NCBI GenBank assembly: GCA_964347045.1
Contig: CAYFXC010000010.1
Span: 41,940-105,939, forward strand
DNA from: an uncultured archaeon
GTDB lineage: Archaea > Asgardarchaeota > Hermodarchaeia > Hermodarchaeales > Hermodarchaeaceae
Reading direction: 5' to 3'
DNA: 64,000 bases
Each line of letters begins with the position of its first letter. Positions within the stretch are counted from its first letter, which is position 1. Below, piece by piece: positions 29,520 through 40,173 of this stretch. Under the pieces are notes generated by a model. That model was not told the origin of the DNA. It made no database searches and saw only the letters and a program-made list of their open reading frames with translations. The position numbers and the translations under genes were made by a program.

Positions 29520-31052
29520 TTAGGTATTTAGTTGGTAACACATACCACTAAACTGATCAAAAATGTCACGAAATGCTTTGTAGAGTTTATTATAAGTAAC
29601 CACTCGTTCGGAGTCAGGGAACACTTCACGGTCATAGGAAAAAAGACGTTCAAGCTCATCAAAGGATTTGAATTCACCCAGCGCAACAGCAGCGACTAGA
29701 GCAACTCCCACGGTACCGGCATCTTGCAGGGTTGTCACTCGTTTCAATGGAACATTGAGCACATCCGCGAAAATCTGTATCCACAAATCACTCCTAGCTC
29801 CACCGCCGCAGATATTTAGTTTTTTGACAGTATGACCCATGCCTTCGAGCACTTCTTTGACCCAGCGGGTGTTATATGCCACGCCTTCAAGCACAGCGCG
29901 GACCATATGGGTGCGGTTATGGTCCAAGCTGAGATTCAAAAAAGCACTTCGGATAAAAGGATTGATGAATGGACATCGCTCGCCAATGGGCCAAGGGAGA
30001 TACAAGAGATTCCGACTTCCAGGTGGAACCTTTTTGGCCTGCTCAGTAACGAGATCATAAACATCAATATTCGAAGCTGACGCTTCTTTGATTTCAGCTG
30101 TGCATACATTATCAACTAGCCAAGACAAACATGACCCTGCGCTTTCCATGTGTCCAGTTAACAAGAGACGCCCTGGAATTGCACTTTCAACGGTTCCAGC
30201 CCCTGCCAAATCAAATTGTGGTTCATCTTGATGTTGAGCGATCCAACCCGAGGATCCGACATACAAATGTTTTTTCATAGGTCTGATTGCACCCGACCCA
30301 ATAGGAACTGCCACCATATCTCCGCATCCGCAAACAACATGGGTTTCCGGAGACAAACCTAATTGCTTTGCTGCCTTAGAAGATAGGGTGCCCAATATAT
30401 CCGTTGTTTTCTTAATTATTGAGAAGTGATCCAAAGAAAGTCCCAAACCTTCTTCAACAATTTCCGGTTCCGGTGTATGTGTGTCGACGCGAAAATAATT
30501 CCACAAACATGCATGACTCCAATCAGTGTAAAAGTCATCTAGCCCACACTGATAGAGAATCCAGTCTTTGACATCCACAAACTTGAATGCCTTCTTGAAA
30601 ATTTGGGGTTCTTCATTTTTCACCCATAAAATTTTTGGCAAAGGATCCTTTGCAGATGCCACAGGAATGATGTTTTTCGCCAGCATATCCGGAATGGTAA
30701 ACTGGTTCATAAGCGGAGTCACGTAGTCGACTGACCGAACATCAAGCCATAAAATAGTTTTGCGAAGGGGACGCCCTTTACTATCCACTGGAATCACTGA
30801 TGCCATCATCGCATCAACCGTAAATGCAATAATTGATTGAGGGTCAATCTTGGTTTGTTTAATTATTTCACGGGTCGTCGTAGTGATGGCATCCCAATAG
30901 ACTTGGGGATCCTGCTCGGCCCATCGCTCTTGGGGGTACTCGACCTGATAGGCTTGTTGGACTGTACCTTGCACACAGCCTTGCATGTCGATAATGCTTG
31001 ATTTGGTGGCACTAGTCCCTAAATCACAGGCGAGAATATATCTATTAGACAT
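29520..31052 (-). CDS. FGGY-family carbohydrate kinase (xylulokinase-like)
   Basis: DLGTSATK, EQDP, LWLDVR, GERCP, RAVLEGVA, GGGARSDLW. Confidence 0.9.
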   Translation of the reverse strand: MSNRYILACDLGTSATKSSIIDMQGCVQGTVQQAYQVEYPQERWAEQDPQVYWDAITTTTREIIKQTKIDPQSIIAFTVDAMMASVIPVDSKGRPLRKTILWLDVRSVDYVTPLMNQFTIPDMLAKNIIPVASAKDPLPKILWVKNEEPQIFKKAFKFVDVKDWILYQCGLDDFYTDWSHACLWNYFRVDTHTPEPEIVEEGLGLSLDHFSIIKKTTDILGTLSSKAAKQLGLSPETHVVCGCGDMVAVPIGSGAIRPMKKHLYVGSSGWIAQHQDEPQFDLAGAGTVESAIPGRLLLTGHMESAGSCLSWLVDNVCTAEIKEASASNIDVYDLVTEQAKKVPPGSRNLLYLPWPIGERCPFINPFIRSAFLNLSLDHNRTHMVRAVLEGVAYNTRWVKEVLEGMGHTVKKLNICGGGARSDLWIQIFADVLNVPLKRVTTLQDAGTVGVALVAAVALGEFKSFDELERLFSYDREVFPDSERVVTYNKLYKAFRDIFDQFSGMCYQLNT

Positions 31053-31173
31053 GTAAAAGCCTCCCGCCGTATTATGGGAGTGAACTGGAATAAAGGCTTA
31101 TTCACTTTGAGTCTATGGACACCAATGAAATCATGTTAGATAAAATGAACGCAAACCCAGTCGCTATCTGATT

Positions 31174-32271
31174 TTACGAATTGAGCGCTTCCTTAATGGT
31201 ATTCACACAAGCTTTGTTTTGCTCTTGAGTTCCAACTGTTATTCGAATGAACTGACCATCTAAGCCAGCTTTTCCTGTATAATCGCGAACAATGATCCCT
31301 TCTTGAAGTAAATTCTGTGCTATTGTGTTTGAATCGGCGTTGGAAGCTGTAAATTGCGTAAGTACAAAATTGGTTTTCGAAGGAAAAGCTCTAACACCTG
31401 ATAGTTGATTAAGAGCTTTTTCAAGATATTCACGACCAGTTTTGATTTCACGCTTTACAAAACCAAGATATTCTGAATCACCGAGAGCTGCCACAGCCGC
31501 AGCGGCAGTAATGCGATTGATAGGAAAATGGTACAAGACCTTTGAAAGGTATTCAGCAAGTTCAGGATTTGTGAGAGCGTATCCCAAGCGAAGCCCTGCA
31601 AATCCAAAGGCTTTCGCCATAGTACGAGTAATAATGAGATTGGAATGTTTATCGATGAAGTGAGCCAGGGTCGTGTCTGTGAAATCAAAGTATGCTTCGT
31701 CGACAATAATTAGCAGATCCAATTCAAGGAGGCGGCGAAATTCCATTTCAGGGATACAATTTCCCACTGGGTTATTTGGGCTTATTAGAATGACTTCTTT
31801 GGTGGCAGGAGTGATAGCCTCAATGACATGGTCAAGAGTCCATGAGTAATTGGGTGGGGGTCGTGGTACAGATAGATCAGTGCCACCAAAGATGGCGAGG
31901 CGGAGACGATAAGGACCATAATCTGGTGGGACAAAGAGTACAACATCACCGGGATTTAAGAATCCATAATAGAAGGCATCAATGAAGTGAGTTGATCCGT
32001 TCCCAACTACAATTTGTGTGTCAGGAAACCCAGTATAAGCTGAGAGCGCTTGTTTGAGCTCATAATAAGAAGAGTCTGGGTAGAGATGCGCTTTATCTAG
32101 CTCATCAATGGCGGCCTGTCGAGCTTTGGGCGAAATACCAAATGGGAGTTCATTTCCCATAAGCCGAGCATAATCGTTTCGAATCTCGTAGAGTAAACGG
32201 AGCTGCGCTGTTGGATTGTACGCGACACCAGTTTGGACATGTGATTTTAAAAGATGTGAAATGTCACCCAT
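31174..32271 (-). CDS. hisC: Histidinol-phosphate aminotransferase family (PLP class I/II)
   Basis: GNGS, SPNNPVG, DEAYFDF, RTMAKAFGFAGLRLGY, RITVG. Confidence 0.85.
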   Translation of the reverse strand: MGDISHLLKSHVQTGVAYNPTAQLRLLYEIRNDYARLMGNELPFGISPKARQAAIDELDKAHLYPDSSYYELKQALSAYTGFPDTQIVVGNGSTHFIDAFYYGFLNPGDVVLFVPPDYGPYRLRLAIFGGTDLSVPRPPPNYSWTLDHVIEAITPATKEVILISPNNPVGNCIPEMEFRRLLELDLLIIVDEAYFDFTDTTLAHFIDKHSNLIITRTMAKAFGFAGLRLGYALTNPELAEYLSKVLYHFPINRITAAAAVAALGDSEYLGFVKREIKTGREYLEKALNQLSGVRAFPSKTNFVLTQFTASNADSNTIAQNLLQEGIIVRDYTGKAGLDGQFIRITVGTQEQNKACVNTIKEALNS

Positions 32272-32423
32272 GATACTTTCCCACCCAAACCAATAAGGGG
32301 AATAGGCTTTCTTTACACGAGACGCTTAAAGCCAATGGTTGTACCGAAAACAGAGCAAATCTGATGGTAGGATTTTTACTTTATCCGGCTCGCTTTTAAA
32401 CTGAATTCACTCTATTTTCCTTC

Positions 32424-33941
32424 ATGGCGGTTTATGACGAAATCATGGCAAAATATCGTGAGGCGGCGTTAATAGGGTCGATCATCTCCGTCATGGATTG
32501 GGATACAGAATGCTACATACCACCTAAAGCGTATCCATTACGTGGAGAGCAGATGGGATTAATTCGCCAGATGCGCCAACGTATGCTATCTAGCCATGAA
32601 TTAGGAACATTACTTGACAAGGTGGAATCAGAAACTGAATTTGCGAAACTCGATGAGATACAAAAGCGAAATACCTACCTTGTGCGTCGGCAATATGATG
32701 TTATGGTAAAAATCCCTGAGGAACTTACTGTTGCATTATCAAAACAAGCTACAAAAACCATGAATATCTGGAAGCAAGCAAAAGCCAAAAACGATTGGAA
32801 ACGTTTCCAACCTGAATTGACAGAACTTTTCAAGCTTCTTGAAAAACGAGGAGAAATCCTCATGGAAGTGCGTCAGACCCCAACAGTATATGATGCCCTA
32901 ATTGATCTCTATGAGCCCAAAATGACACAAGATACAATATCTAAAGTCTTCAAAGAGCTGCGAAGAGATCTTATTCCACTTGTCGACAAATACACGGTAT
33001 TCGTAAAGGAAATGGACTTTTCATTCATGAATCGAAAAGTGTCACTGGATGCTCAACGAAAAATCTCCACAGCACTCTGCGATTTTATTCAGTATGATAC
33101 TACCTCGAATCAGGCAGGTGGGCGAGTCGATGAAACCGAACATCCCTTTACTTCAGGTTATTACGACGATGTTCGAATAACCACACACTATTATGAGAAT
33201 AACTTCGCAGCTTCATTCTACTCAGTATTACACGAAGGTGGTCACGCTATATATGAACAGAACTACCCACCCGATGGGAAATTCCAACCCTGGGGTGATG
33301 CACCTAGTTATGGTATTCACGAATCGCAGTCACGGTTTGTAGAAAATATGTTGGGGCGATCCAAAGAATTCATCACCTTTTTCCTTCCAACACTTAACAA
33401 ACTCACAAAGAACACCTTCAAAGACATTAATGTTGAGCAGATGACAAAAGCAGTGAACAAAGTGGAGCGCTCAAAAATTCGAATTGAAGCTGACGAAGTC
33501 ACCTATTCTCTACATGTTATTATCCGCTTTGAAATAGAACGTGATTTATTCGTGAATAAAGTCAAAATTTCAGAGTTGCCTAGTGTATGGAATGAGAAAT
33601 ACGACCAATACCTTGGAGTAGAAATTGAAACTGACTCAGAAGGCGTCATGCAGGACACTCATTGGGCGTTAGGATATCATGGATATTTTCCCTGCTATGC
33701 CCTAGGGAATATCTATGGAGGTCAATTCCTCGCAGCGATGGAAAAGAAAATTCCCACCTGGTTAGATCTAGTGGCGTCCGGCAAATTCGGAGCCATCAAA
33801 CAATGGCTAGTTGACAATGTACACCTCAAAGGGGATTTGTACGATCCTGAAGTTTTGCTCCACAAAATCACTGGTGAAGCATTAAATCCGAAACCCTTCG
33901 TTTATTACCTGACAGCCAAATACAAAAGTATCTTTGGCTAG
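32424..33941 (+). CDS. M32 carboxypeptidase (Taq-type)
   Basis: HPFT, DVRITT, HEGGHAIYEQ, HESQSRF, IRIEADE, MQDTHW, GYFPCYALG. Confidence 0.95.
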   Translation: MAVYDEIMAKYREAALIGSIISVMDWDTECYIPPKAYPLRGEQMGLIRQMRQRMLSSHELGTLLDKVESETEFAKLDEIQKRNTYLVRRQYDVMVKIPEELTVALSKQATKTMNIWKQAKAKNDWKRFQPELTELFKLLEKRGEILMEVRQTPTVYDALIDLYEPKMTQDTISKVFKELRRDLIPLVDKYTVFVKEMDFSFMNRKVSLDAQRKISTALCDFIQYDTTSNQAGGRVDETEHPFTSGYYDDVRITTHYYENNFAASFYSVLHEGGHAIYEQNYPPDGKFQPWGDAPSYGIHESQSRFVENMLGRSKEFITFFLPTLNKLTKNTFKDINVEQMTKAVNKVERSKIRIEADEVTYSLHVIIRFEIERDLFVNKVKISELPSVWNEKYDQYLGVEIETDSEGVMQDTHWALGYHGYFPCYALGNIYGGQFLAAMEKKIPTWLDLVASGKFGAIKQWLVDNVHLKGDLYDPEVLLHKITGEALNPKPFVYYLTAKYKSIFG

Positions 33942-34388
33942 AAGCATGATTGGATTTGAAAAAGTAATGATAGAATTTGCGCACACATTAGAGAAAAGGA
34001 AAAGGGACCCGTGCCCAGTTGCTCGAGCCCCCATTTGTTATGGGCACGTTCAAGTTTCTTAGTGAGCGTCTTTAGTTGCGACAAGCAAACCAATAGATGT
34101 ACTTGACGCGATCTGCTTGCATTTGAGTCTTGTTCGCGCCATGAGGATAATTATATTTGTGCATTTTGTGTGTCACCGATGAAAGCCTAGCCCAACGTCT
34201 TATTTAAGGCGGACTCACCTTTTGGGCTCACTTTGAGAGGTCGCATAATGTTACTTTACTCACATTTTGCTAATTCTGATAAATCCAGAGAATGATTCAT
34301 ATTGTGAGGTTCTTTCATACACTCCTCGTTACTATTGGAGCGAATTGATGTCTTAGAAATTCATGAGACTTCTAAAGGAGGTCAACAA

Positions 34389-34781
34389 TTGAAAAAGAAA
34401 GGTGATCTTTCACCAGAGCCAAAAAACGTTGATTCTTACATTGCCAATTCAGGCAGCGAAGCCCGCCCAATACTTGAAGAACTCCGGAAAATAATAAAAT
34501 CCACTATTCCAAAAGCAGAAGAAGGAATAAGCTACAACGTGCCAATCTACAACTATCACGGTATTCTTGCAGGATTTGCCGTATACAAGAACCACGTTAG
34601 CTTTGGCTTTGGAGCGGACGTGCTTCAAAATAGAGATCGCAAAATGCTTGAAGAAAAAGGTTACAAAACCGGAAAAGGAACCATGCAAATCAAGTTCGAC
34701 CAAGAAGTGCCGACCACAGCGATAAAGCAAATTCTAAAAGCAAAAGCAAAAATGAATGAAGCCAAAAGAGCGATAAAATAA
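34389..34781 (+). CDS. DUF1801 (YdhG-like) protein
   Basis: VDSYI...LEELRKII...EEGISYNVP...GFAVYKNH...TGKGT; GGAGG before TTG 34389. Confidence 0.85.
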   Translation: MKKKGDLSPEPKNVDSYIANSGSEARPILEELRKIIKSTIPKAEEGISYNVPIYNYHGILAGFAVYKNHVSFGFGADVLQNRDRKMLEEKGYKTGKGTMQIKFDQEVPTTAIKQILKAKAKMNEAKRAIK

Positions 34782-34932
34782 GCTTTAAATCAAGATTAAT
34801 AATTCTCGATGCATACAGACGCATTAAAGAATCGCTCAATACTGAGCTGTTTCGGATTTTTTAGTTGCCCTCTTCAACAGAGCATATCATTTTTAATATG
34901 TGGCACTAAATTTTCATTAGGAGGTTTGATGA

Positions 34933-35349
34933 ATGGAAAGGGGTCAGGTTGCTCAAAATTTAATAATAGTTGGCATTATCCTAAGCGCCTTGTCCATGGC
35001 ATACGGCGCTTTTGGCGCAGGAATTTTCACTCGTTCTCTCTTTGAAGGTTCTCCATTTCTAGGTTTTGTGAATATAGGCGTGTTCCTCGCCTTCATACAT
35101 GGTTATATGGTATTAGCTAGTTTCATATTAGGAGTACTTTTACCCATTAGTTTCTTGAAATCAATTACCTTAAAACAGATGAAATTCGCCACAACTCTTT
35201 TGCTGGTTTGTGCAATTACGATATTCGTTCATTTTGGGTTGGTTTCTTTTGCATCCTTTTTCATAATTGGCGACCAGAGTAATCTTATCTACTTAGGTGT
35301 ATTAATTGGAGCAATTCTTTACATCTTCGCTGGATTCTTGAATGTATAG
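34933..35349 (+). CDS. Hypothetical 4-TM membrane protein
   Basis: GGAGG RBS and four hydrophobic segments. Confidence 0.7.
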   Translation: MERGQVAQNLIIVGIILSALSMAYGAFGAGIFTRSLFEGSPFLGFVNIGVFLAFIHGYMVLASFILGVLLPISFLKSITLKQMKFATTLLLVCAITIFVHFGLVSFASFFIIGDQSNLIYLGVLIGAILYIFAGFLNV

Positions 35350-35579
35350 GAGGAGTTCAAAAAATCTGAGCACTACCATGAATACTGTTTCAATCTAAAC
35401 ACCAGAAATCACATAATGTGAGTAAATGTAGATGTTGAGGTCACATTATGTAACTATACTGCTATGTCGCTAACAGACCAAAAATCATTAACAAAAAAGA
35501 GTTCTTTGTAACGAGTATCTAGTTGATTTCATTTAGAAAAATTCAAAATATCCGCCTATCCTGAATTTAGCCAGAACAC

Positions 35580-35738
35580 TTACTCTTTTCGTCCTTTTGC
35601 AATTGAGATTAACCCCAAAATTGCGAAAACTGTACCACCAGAATATCCTCCAAGGGGATTTATAATTGGCATGAAAATGAAGAATATTGCTGCCAAAATC
35701 ACGAGTATTATTCCAATCAATACCTTTCCTTTGTTCAT
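35580..35738 (-). CDS. 52-aa 2-TM microprotein
   Basis: Hand translation MNKGKVLIGIILVILAAIFFIFMPIINPLGGYSGGTVFAILGLISIAKGRKE; basic ends flank the two helices. Confidence 0.6.
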   Translation of the reverse strand: MNKGKVLIGIILVILAAIFFIFMPIINPLGGYSGGTVFAILGLISIAKGRKE

Positions 35739-35915
35739 TCAGTCACACCCAATTTACTATTTATGGTAAGGTTTGTTTGGAGTCCATTAAATTCCTTATA
35801 ATGTTTTTTATTTTCCAAGCTATCAAAATGTAGGGGATTAGCTCGAGTCAGGTTCACTCGGTTCCCTACGAATTTAAAAAAACAAGCTAGGCTATATTAT
35901 GCTTGTTGTGATTTT

Positions 35916-36395
35916 ATGACGGGCAAAGAAGATGAGTTTGAAGAGATTTTAACGCAGGCATATAAACGCATGCACCGATATAGTTGTGCAGAAGCCTCAT
36001 TACAAGCCCTGATGGCTCTGTGGAAACTACCAGAACAATATTCCTGGGCAACGGCAGGGTATTTAGGTGCCATAACTTCAGGTCAGACTTCGTGTGGTCT
36101 GCTTATCGGTAGCAGCATTGCAATTGGTTTTCGGAGTGGTCAAAAAGTAAAAGGCATTCCAGAGCTAAACGAGCGTGAACGAAGCAGAGCCATTCACGCG
36201 GTGAACGAACTCTATTCAGAGTTCTTAAAGAAATTTCAGAGTAGCGACTGTAAGACTCTTAGTGAGGTAGATTTCGTCAAACCTGAAGAAATTGCTCAAT
36301 GGACGATTAGTAAAGGCTGGAAGAAGACCTGTGACATTTATCTTCATTTTGTGATAAACAAATGTGCACAGATGGCTGAAATGGGAATATTATAA
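35916..36395 (+). CDS. C_GCAxxG_C_C family putative redox-active protein
   Basis: YSCAEA, TSCGLLIG, SSDCKTL, KTC. Confidence 0.8.
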   Translation: MTGKEDEFEEILTQAYKRMHRYSCAEASLQALMALWKLPEQYSWATAGYLGAITSGQTSCGLLIGSSIAIGFRSGQKVKGIPELNERERSRAIHAVNELYSEFLKKFQSSDCKTLSEVDFVKPEEIAQWTISKGWKKTCDIYLHFVINKCAQMAEMGIL

Positions 36396-36654
36396 TCTCC
36401 AACCAGAAAGTAATGATCTTCAAATTACAGACCTTGAATAAGTCTACACACAGGGATCACCAAAAGTGACTAGATTAACAATTTGTAAAGGCGATTATTT
36501 TGTTTGCCTTTCATATGTCTGATTGGTCTAGTTGGCAGTTTCCGGAATACAAAAATTTATAAATGTTTACTAATAATTAGTAAACATGTGGCAAAATCCT
36601 GAACAACTGAACTAGCAGGAATTAGCCATAAAAAGAGAAAACGAGGAAAACGCA

Positions 36655-37155
36655 ATGGGACTTCTCTCCCCTGATGAAGAGATGGTTTGGCAACAATTCC
36701 AACAAGGACAATCAACCAGCGATATTGCCAGTACGAGCACAAAGGAGAGTTGGTCAGTTTCGTATGTATCTCGTGTGTTAAACCGTGCAAGAAAAAAGAT
36801 TGCGAAAGTATTGCAAGAGCATGCTCGAAGTCATCGCTTAGATGTTGAGAGTTTGTTGGATTACAAGGGGCTTCTGATAGGGTTTGACTATCAAGCCAAC
36901 ACTCAAGTATACATTATCTTTACAATACCAATGGGCATTGTCGTCTGGTATAAACATGAATCTTACGCTGGTAAGCTATGCCCAGAGTGCCCAAAACAAC
37001 AAGAGTGCCGGTATACACTTGATGCAGTTATCAATGAATATAACATTACACTGCGACCAGATGAAAAGGAGCTCCCCATGACAAAGCAGTCCATTGCACT
37101 CTTCAATAAACTTGCTGCGAAAGAGATACCCCGGTATCAAAGGAGTGTGGAATAA
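36655..37155 (+). CDS. HTH-containing hypothetical protein with CxxCxxxxxC motif
   Basis: STSDIA...SVSYVSRVLNRARKKI HTH-like; CPECPKQQEC. Confidence 0.7.
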   Translation: MGLLSPDEEMVWQQFQQGQSTSDIASTSTKESWSVSYVSRVLNRARKKIAKVLQEHARSHRLDVESLLDYKGLLIGFDYQANTQVYIIFTIPMGIVVWYKHESYAGKLCPECPKQQECRYTLDAVINEYNITLRPDEKELPMTKQSIALFNKLAAKEIPRYQRSVE

Positions 37156-37902
37156 TTGGGAAGGGAATATGAAGAAGCACGGGTGATTAAGCCTCCCGGC
37201 GAAAAGATCACCAGTGGCCGAGTGTTTAGACCTTCGAAAGCTCTGCGGAACAAGATGTGGCTTCAACAAGTTATCCTAGCGCTATTCATCTACATACTAT
37301 TCTTAGTATTTGTTGGAGGAATTGGTTCAATTATTAGTCTAGATGATCCAAGTGCATTTCTGTGGCTTGTAGCTTGGTGGGTGCCACTGAATATTGGAAT
37401 GTGGATATTTAACCTAATTTGGCTGATTCCAGCTTGGATTCTAACGCCCCTCTATGTAGGAAGAATTGAATATTCGGTAATTGCTAAGTCAGGTGAAACA
37501 ATGCCTGAGGTTTATGTCCGGAAAGGTATTATTAGCATTACACGAAAGCATGTACCCTTCCGAACTATCACTAATATCAGCACTACTGCAGGACCTTTCG
37601 ACCGGATTTTTGGTATTGGTAATGTTAATATCGAAACGGCTGGATATTCTGGGCAAAAATCAGGTCCCGAAGAAAAATTAGAAGGTTTTGAATTTTATGA
37701 GGAGTTGCGTGATTTCATTCTTCAAGAATTGCGAAAGTTCCGAGCACCATACACGATTGGTACTGAAGTCGTGAGTCCCCGGGAGGAACCAATACCAAAA
37801 CTCCCTGACACATTGGACGATGAAATTCTTCTGACTCTTCGGGAAATCCGTGAAATCCTTTCGGAAATCGCTCGAAAACTCGAAAAAGCAAAACGCGATT
37901 AA
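37156..37902 (+). CDS. Membrane protein with bacterial-type PH domain (bPH_2/YdbS-like) and C-terminal coiled coil
   Basis: 2 TM, then VRKGII...VPFRTITNI...GPFDRIFGIGNVNIETAG. Confidence 0.85.
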   Translation: MGREYEEARVIKPPGEKITSGRVFRPSKALRNKMWLQQVILALFIYILFLVFVGGIGSIISLDDPSAFLWLVAWWVPLNIGMWIFNLIWLIPAWILTPLYVGRIEYSVIAKSGETMPEVYVRKGIISITRKHVPFRTITNISTTAGPFDRIFGIGNVNIETAGYSGQKSGPEEKLEGFEFYEELRDFILQELRKFRAPYTIGTEVVSPREEPIPKLPDTLDDEILLTLREIREILSEIARKLEKAKRD

Positions 37903-37911
37903 ATCTAAACA

Positions 37912-37946
37912 GGAGGAAGAGTAGAATCTTCCTCTCCCTCTTTTTT
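37912..37946 (+). terminator. Hairpin plus T-tract, putative terminator
   Basis: GAGGAAGA-gtagaa-TCTTCCTC followed by TTTTTT, 10 nt after the stop codon. Confidence 0.55.
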
Positions 37947-38166
37947 ATTCTCAACTAAATGAATTAAACATCAACCTGATGTCACACGAGTTGACCAATG
38001 AAAACTTGCTTTTCGTACTTGACAAATTAGAAAAAATGAATTTCTATTTCTAAGAAAAACTTATTAAAAATTCTTAATTTTCGTCATCTATGGAGCTTTC
38101 TTAAGGGTACTTCTTGAAAGTCTTTGTTTGGAAAATTTAGATTTACTGGCAGGGGTGGCTAATTAG

Positions 38167-39015
38167 ATGATTCATCATGTCTTCATTATTGATGCGCGAG
38201 AAATGATTGTCGTGCAGAAGAAGTTTTGGATCATCGATGTGGATAAACAAGAAATGCAGCAATTTGCAACCCGTGTAAAAGCTAGTCAAATGGTTCAAAT
38301 TGAAGTAATTGGTTCAACGAAATATATTGGACAGCCACTTGGACGTGGAGTCGTTGTTCTCTGTGCCGAGCCCGTTGATGAAGACACCACTCTTCTAGAA
38401 AGAATTGATAAAGTAACTTTTGAGTTTCGGCGGGTCATTTGCCACGAAGAAGATTTTGAAGCATTCATGATGAAAGTTGACAAATATGTAACAACGAAGC
38501 TCAAAATAAGTTTGTTGGGTTATGGCGGTGTCGGAAAAACAACAATGCTTCATTTGCTTAATGGGGGTGAACCACCCCAAACGTATATTCCGACCATTGG
38601 AATTGATATCCAAAAAGTCGAAGGGGCTCGCATTGGCACCTACGAACTACTGGTGTGGGACTTTGCAGGACAAGACCGTTTTCGAAAATTGTGGAAGATG
38701 CTGTTTTCTCGGAGCCGTATTGTATTTCTAGTCACTGACTCAACATTAGAAAATGTGCTGCAAAGTAAGGACATTATCACCTTTCTCCATGAACAAGGCT
38801 TGTCCAGTGAAATCATTATCATTGCCAATAAACAGGATTTGAATGGAGCTCTTCAACCGCATCTCGTCCAGCGGCTTCTAGGCGTGAGAACATTTGGGCT
38901 CATTGCTATTGATCCCAATGACCGACAAAAAGCCCTTGATATAATTCATAAAAGTCTGGAACAAACAGTGGACTGGGATCAATTAGAGGTCGATACCATT
39001 GATTTTCTACCCTAA
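38167..39015 (+). CDS. Small Ras-superfamily (Arf-like) GTPase with N-terminal longin-like domain
   Basis: GYGGVGKTT, YIPTIG, WDFAGQDRFRKLW, NKQD. The N-terminal ~110 aa (MIHHVFIID...) resembles longin/adaptor-sigma starts. Confidence 0.88.
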   Translation: MIHHVFIIDAREMIVVQKKFWIIDVDKQEMQQFATRVKASQMVQIEVIGSTKYIGQPLGRGVVVLCAEPVDEDTTLLERIDKVTFEFRRVICHEEDFEAFMMKVDKYVTTKLKISLLGYGGVGKTTMLHLLNGGEPPQTYIPTIGIDIQKVEGARIGTYELLVWDFAGQDRFRKLWKMLFSRSRIVFLVTDSTLENVLQSKDIITFLHEQGLSSEIIIIANKQDLNGALQPHLVQRLLGVRTFGLIAIDPNDRQKALDIIHKSLEQTVDWDQLEVDTIDFLP

Positions 39016-39108
39016 ACAGAAGAGGAGTCATTAAACTAATTCTATTTGCCAAGAAATGTTTGTAAGGGCAGCGCATTTAATTAGGCTCAGCTCTGTCAAA
39101 GTTATCAA

Positions 39109-39987
39109 ATGACAGATATGGGAACTCAGACAGATACATTAGTAAAATCCCATTCAGGGAAATACTTAGTAAGTAAAGTACAAACTACTGAGAATCTCCG
39201 AACGGACATTGAGAAAGCTGTCGAACTCATCGGCGGATTCGACCAACTCATTCAGCCCGGCGATTTGGTCACCATCAAACCAAACCTAAATACGGCTGAT
39301 CCCTATCCCGCCTCCAGTGATGCGAATTTTATTCAAGCCTTGGGTGAAACCTTGCTTGCGGCAGGGGCAGGAAAACTCCAGATAATGGATGCATCAACGC
39401 AACGCGTCTGCACACGAGATGTGGGCGAAGAGATTGGGCTCTGTGATGTCGCCATAGATTTGAACGCGGATTTCATATCCTTAGATGAACATCCCTGGAT
39501 AAAGCAATCCTTTCCACAAGGTACATACCTGAAAAGTGGACATATTGGTGAACCAGCTTTAAACCTTGGTAAGCTGGTCATAGCACCCTGTTTGAAAACC
39601 CATTTCTTCGCGAAATTCACGGCAAGCATGAAAGTGATGATGGGATTACTGAAACGCGAAGACCGCTTGAAAATGCACATGCGAAAACTCGAATACAAGA
39701 TTGCTGATCTTGCCTCCTACTTCCAACCCACCCTTGTTGTTATGGATGCACGAAAAGTCTTTGTGACAAAAGGTCCCGTTTCAGGGCAAATTGAGACACC
39801 AAATGTCATTATGGCCAGCCACGACATGGTGGCCATCGATGTTGAAGGTGTTCGAATTCTCAAAAGCTATAACGCTAAAAACAAACTCAATGAACCCGTT
39901 TGGGAGTTAGGTCAAATAGCCCGTGCTAAAGAAATCGGTATGGGCGCTAAAAGTGATGATGAAATTCAAGTTATCGAAGCTCCATAA
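39109..39987 (+). CDS. DUF362 domain protein
   Basis: IKPNL, PCLKTH, TASMK, VAID. Confidence 0.85.
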   Translation: MTDMGTQTDTLVKSHSGKYLVSKVQTTENLRTDIEKAVELIGGFDQLIQPGDLVTIKPNLNTADPYPASSDANFIQALGETLLAAGAGKLQIMDASTQRVCTRDVGEEIGLCDVAIDLNADFISLDEHPWIKQSFPQGTYLKSGHIGEPALNLGKLVIAPCLKTHFFAKFTASMKVMMGLLKREDRLKMHMRKLEYKIADLASYFQPTLVVMDARKVFVTKGPVSGQIETPNVIMASHDMVAIDVEGVRILKSYNAKNKLNEPVWELGQIARAKEIGMGAKSDDEIQVIEAP

Positions 39988-40173
39988 ATGATTAACTAGC
40001 TTATTCTTGATGAATGAGGAGTAGAAGCTCGATTCCAATAATAAAAGGCAATTTTGGCTTTGACGTCCTCTTATTCTTTCTTCATTTTTGGATGAACAGT
40101 TAAATCCTGAACGATAAAGCGATTGAGTGGCCTTGTGAACTGAAATAGTGCTTCATACATTACTTTGACCAGT

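Noticed and set aside
35829-35870. GGGGATTAGCTC...GGTTC resembles tRNA fragments
   Set aside because: Only about 40 nt forming a single hairpin; no cloverleaf or anticodon arm.
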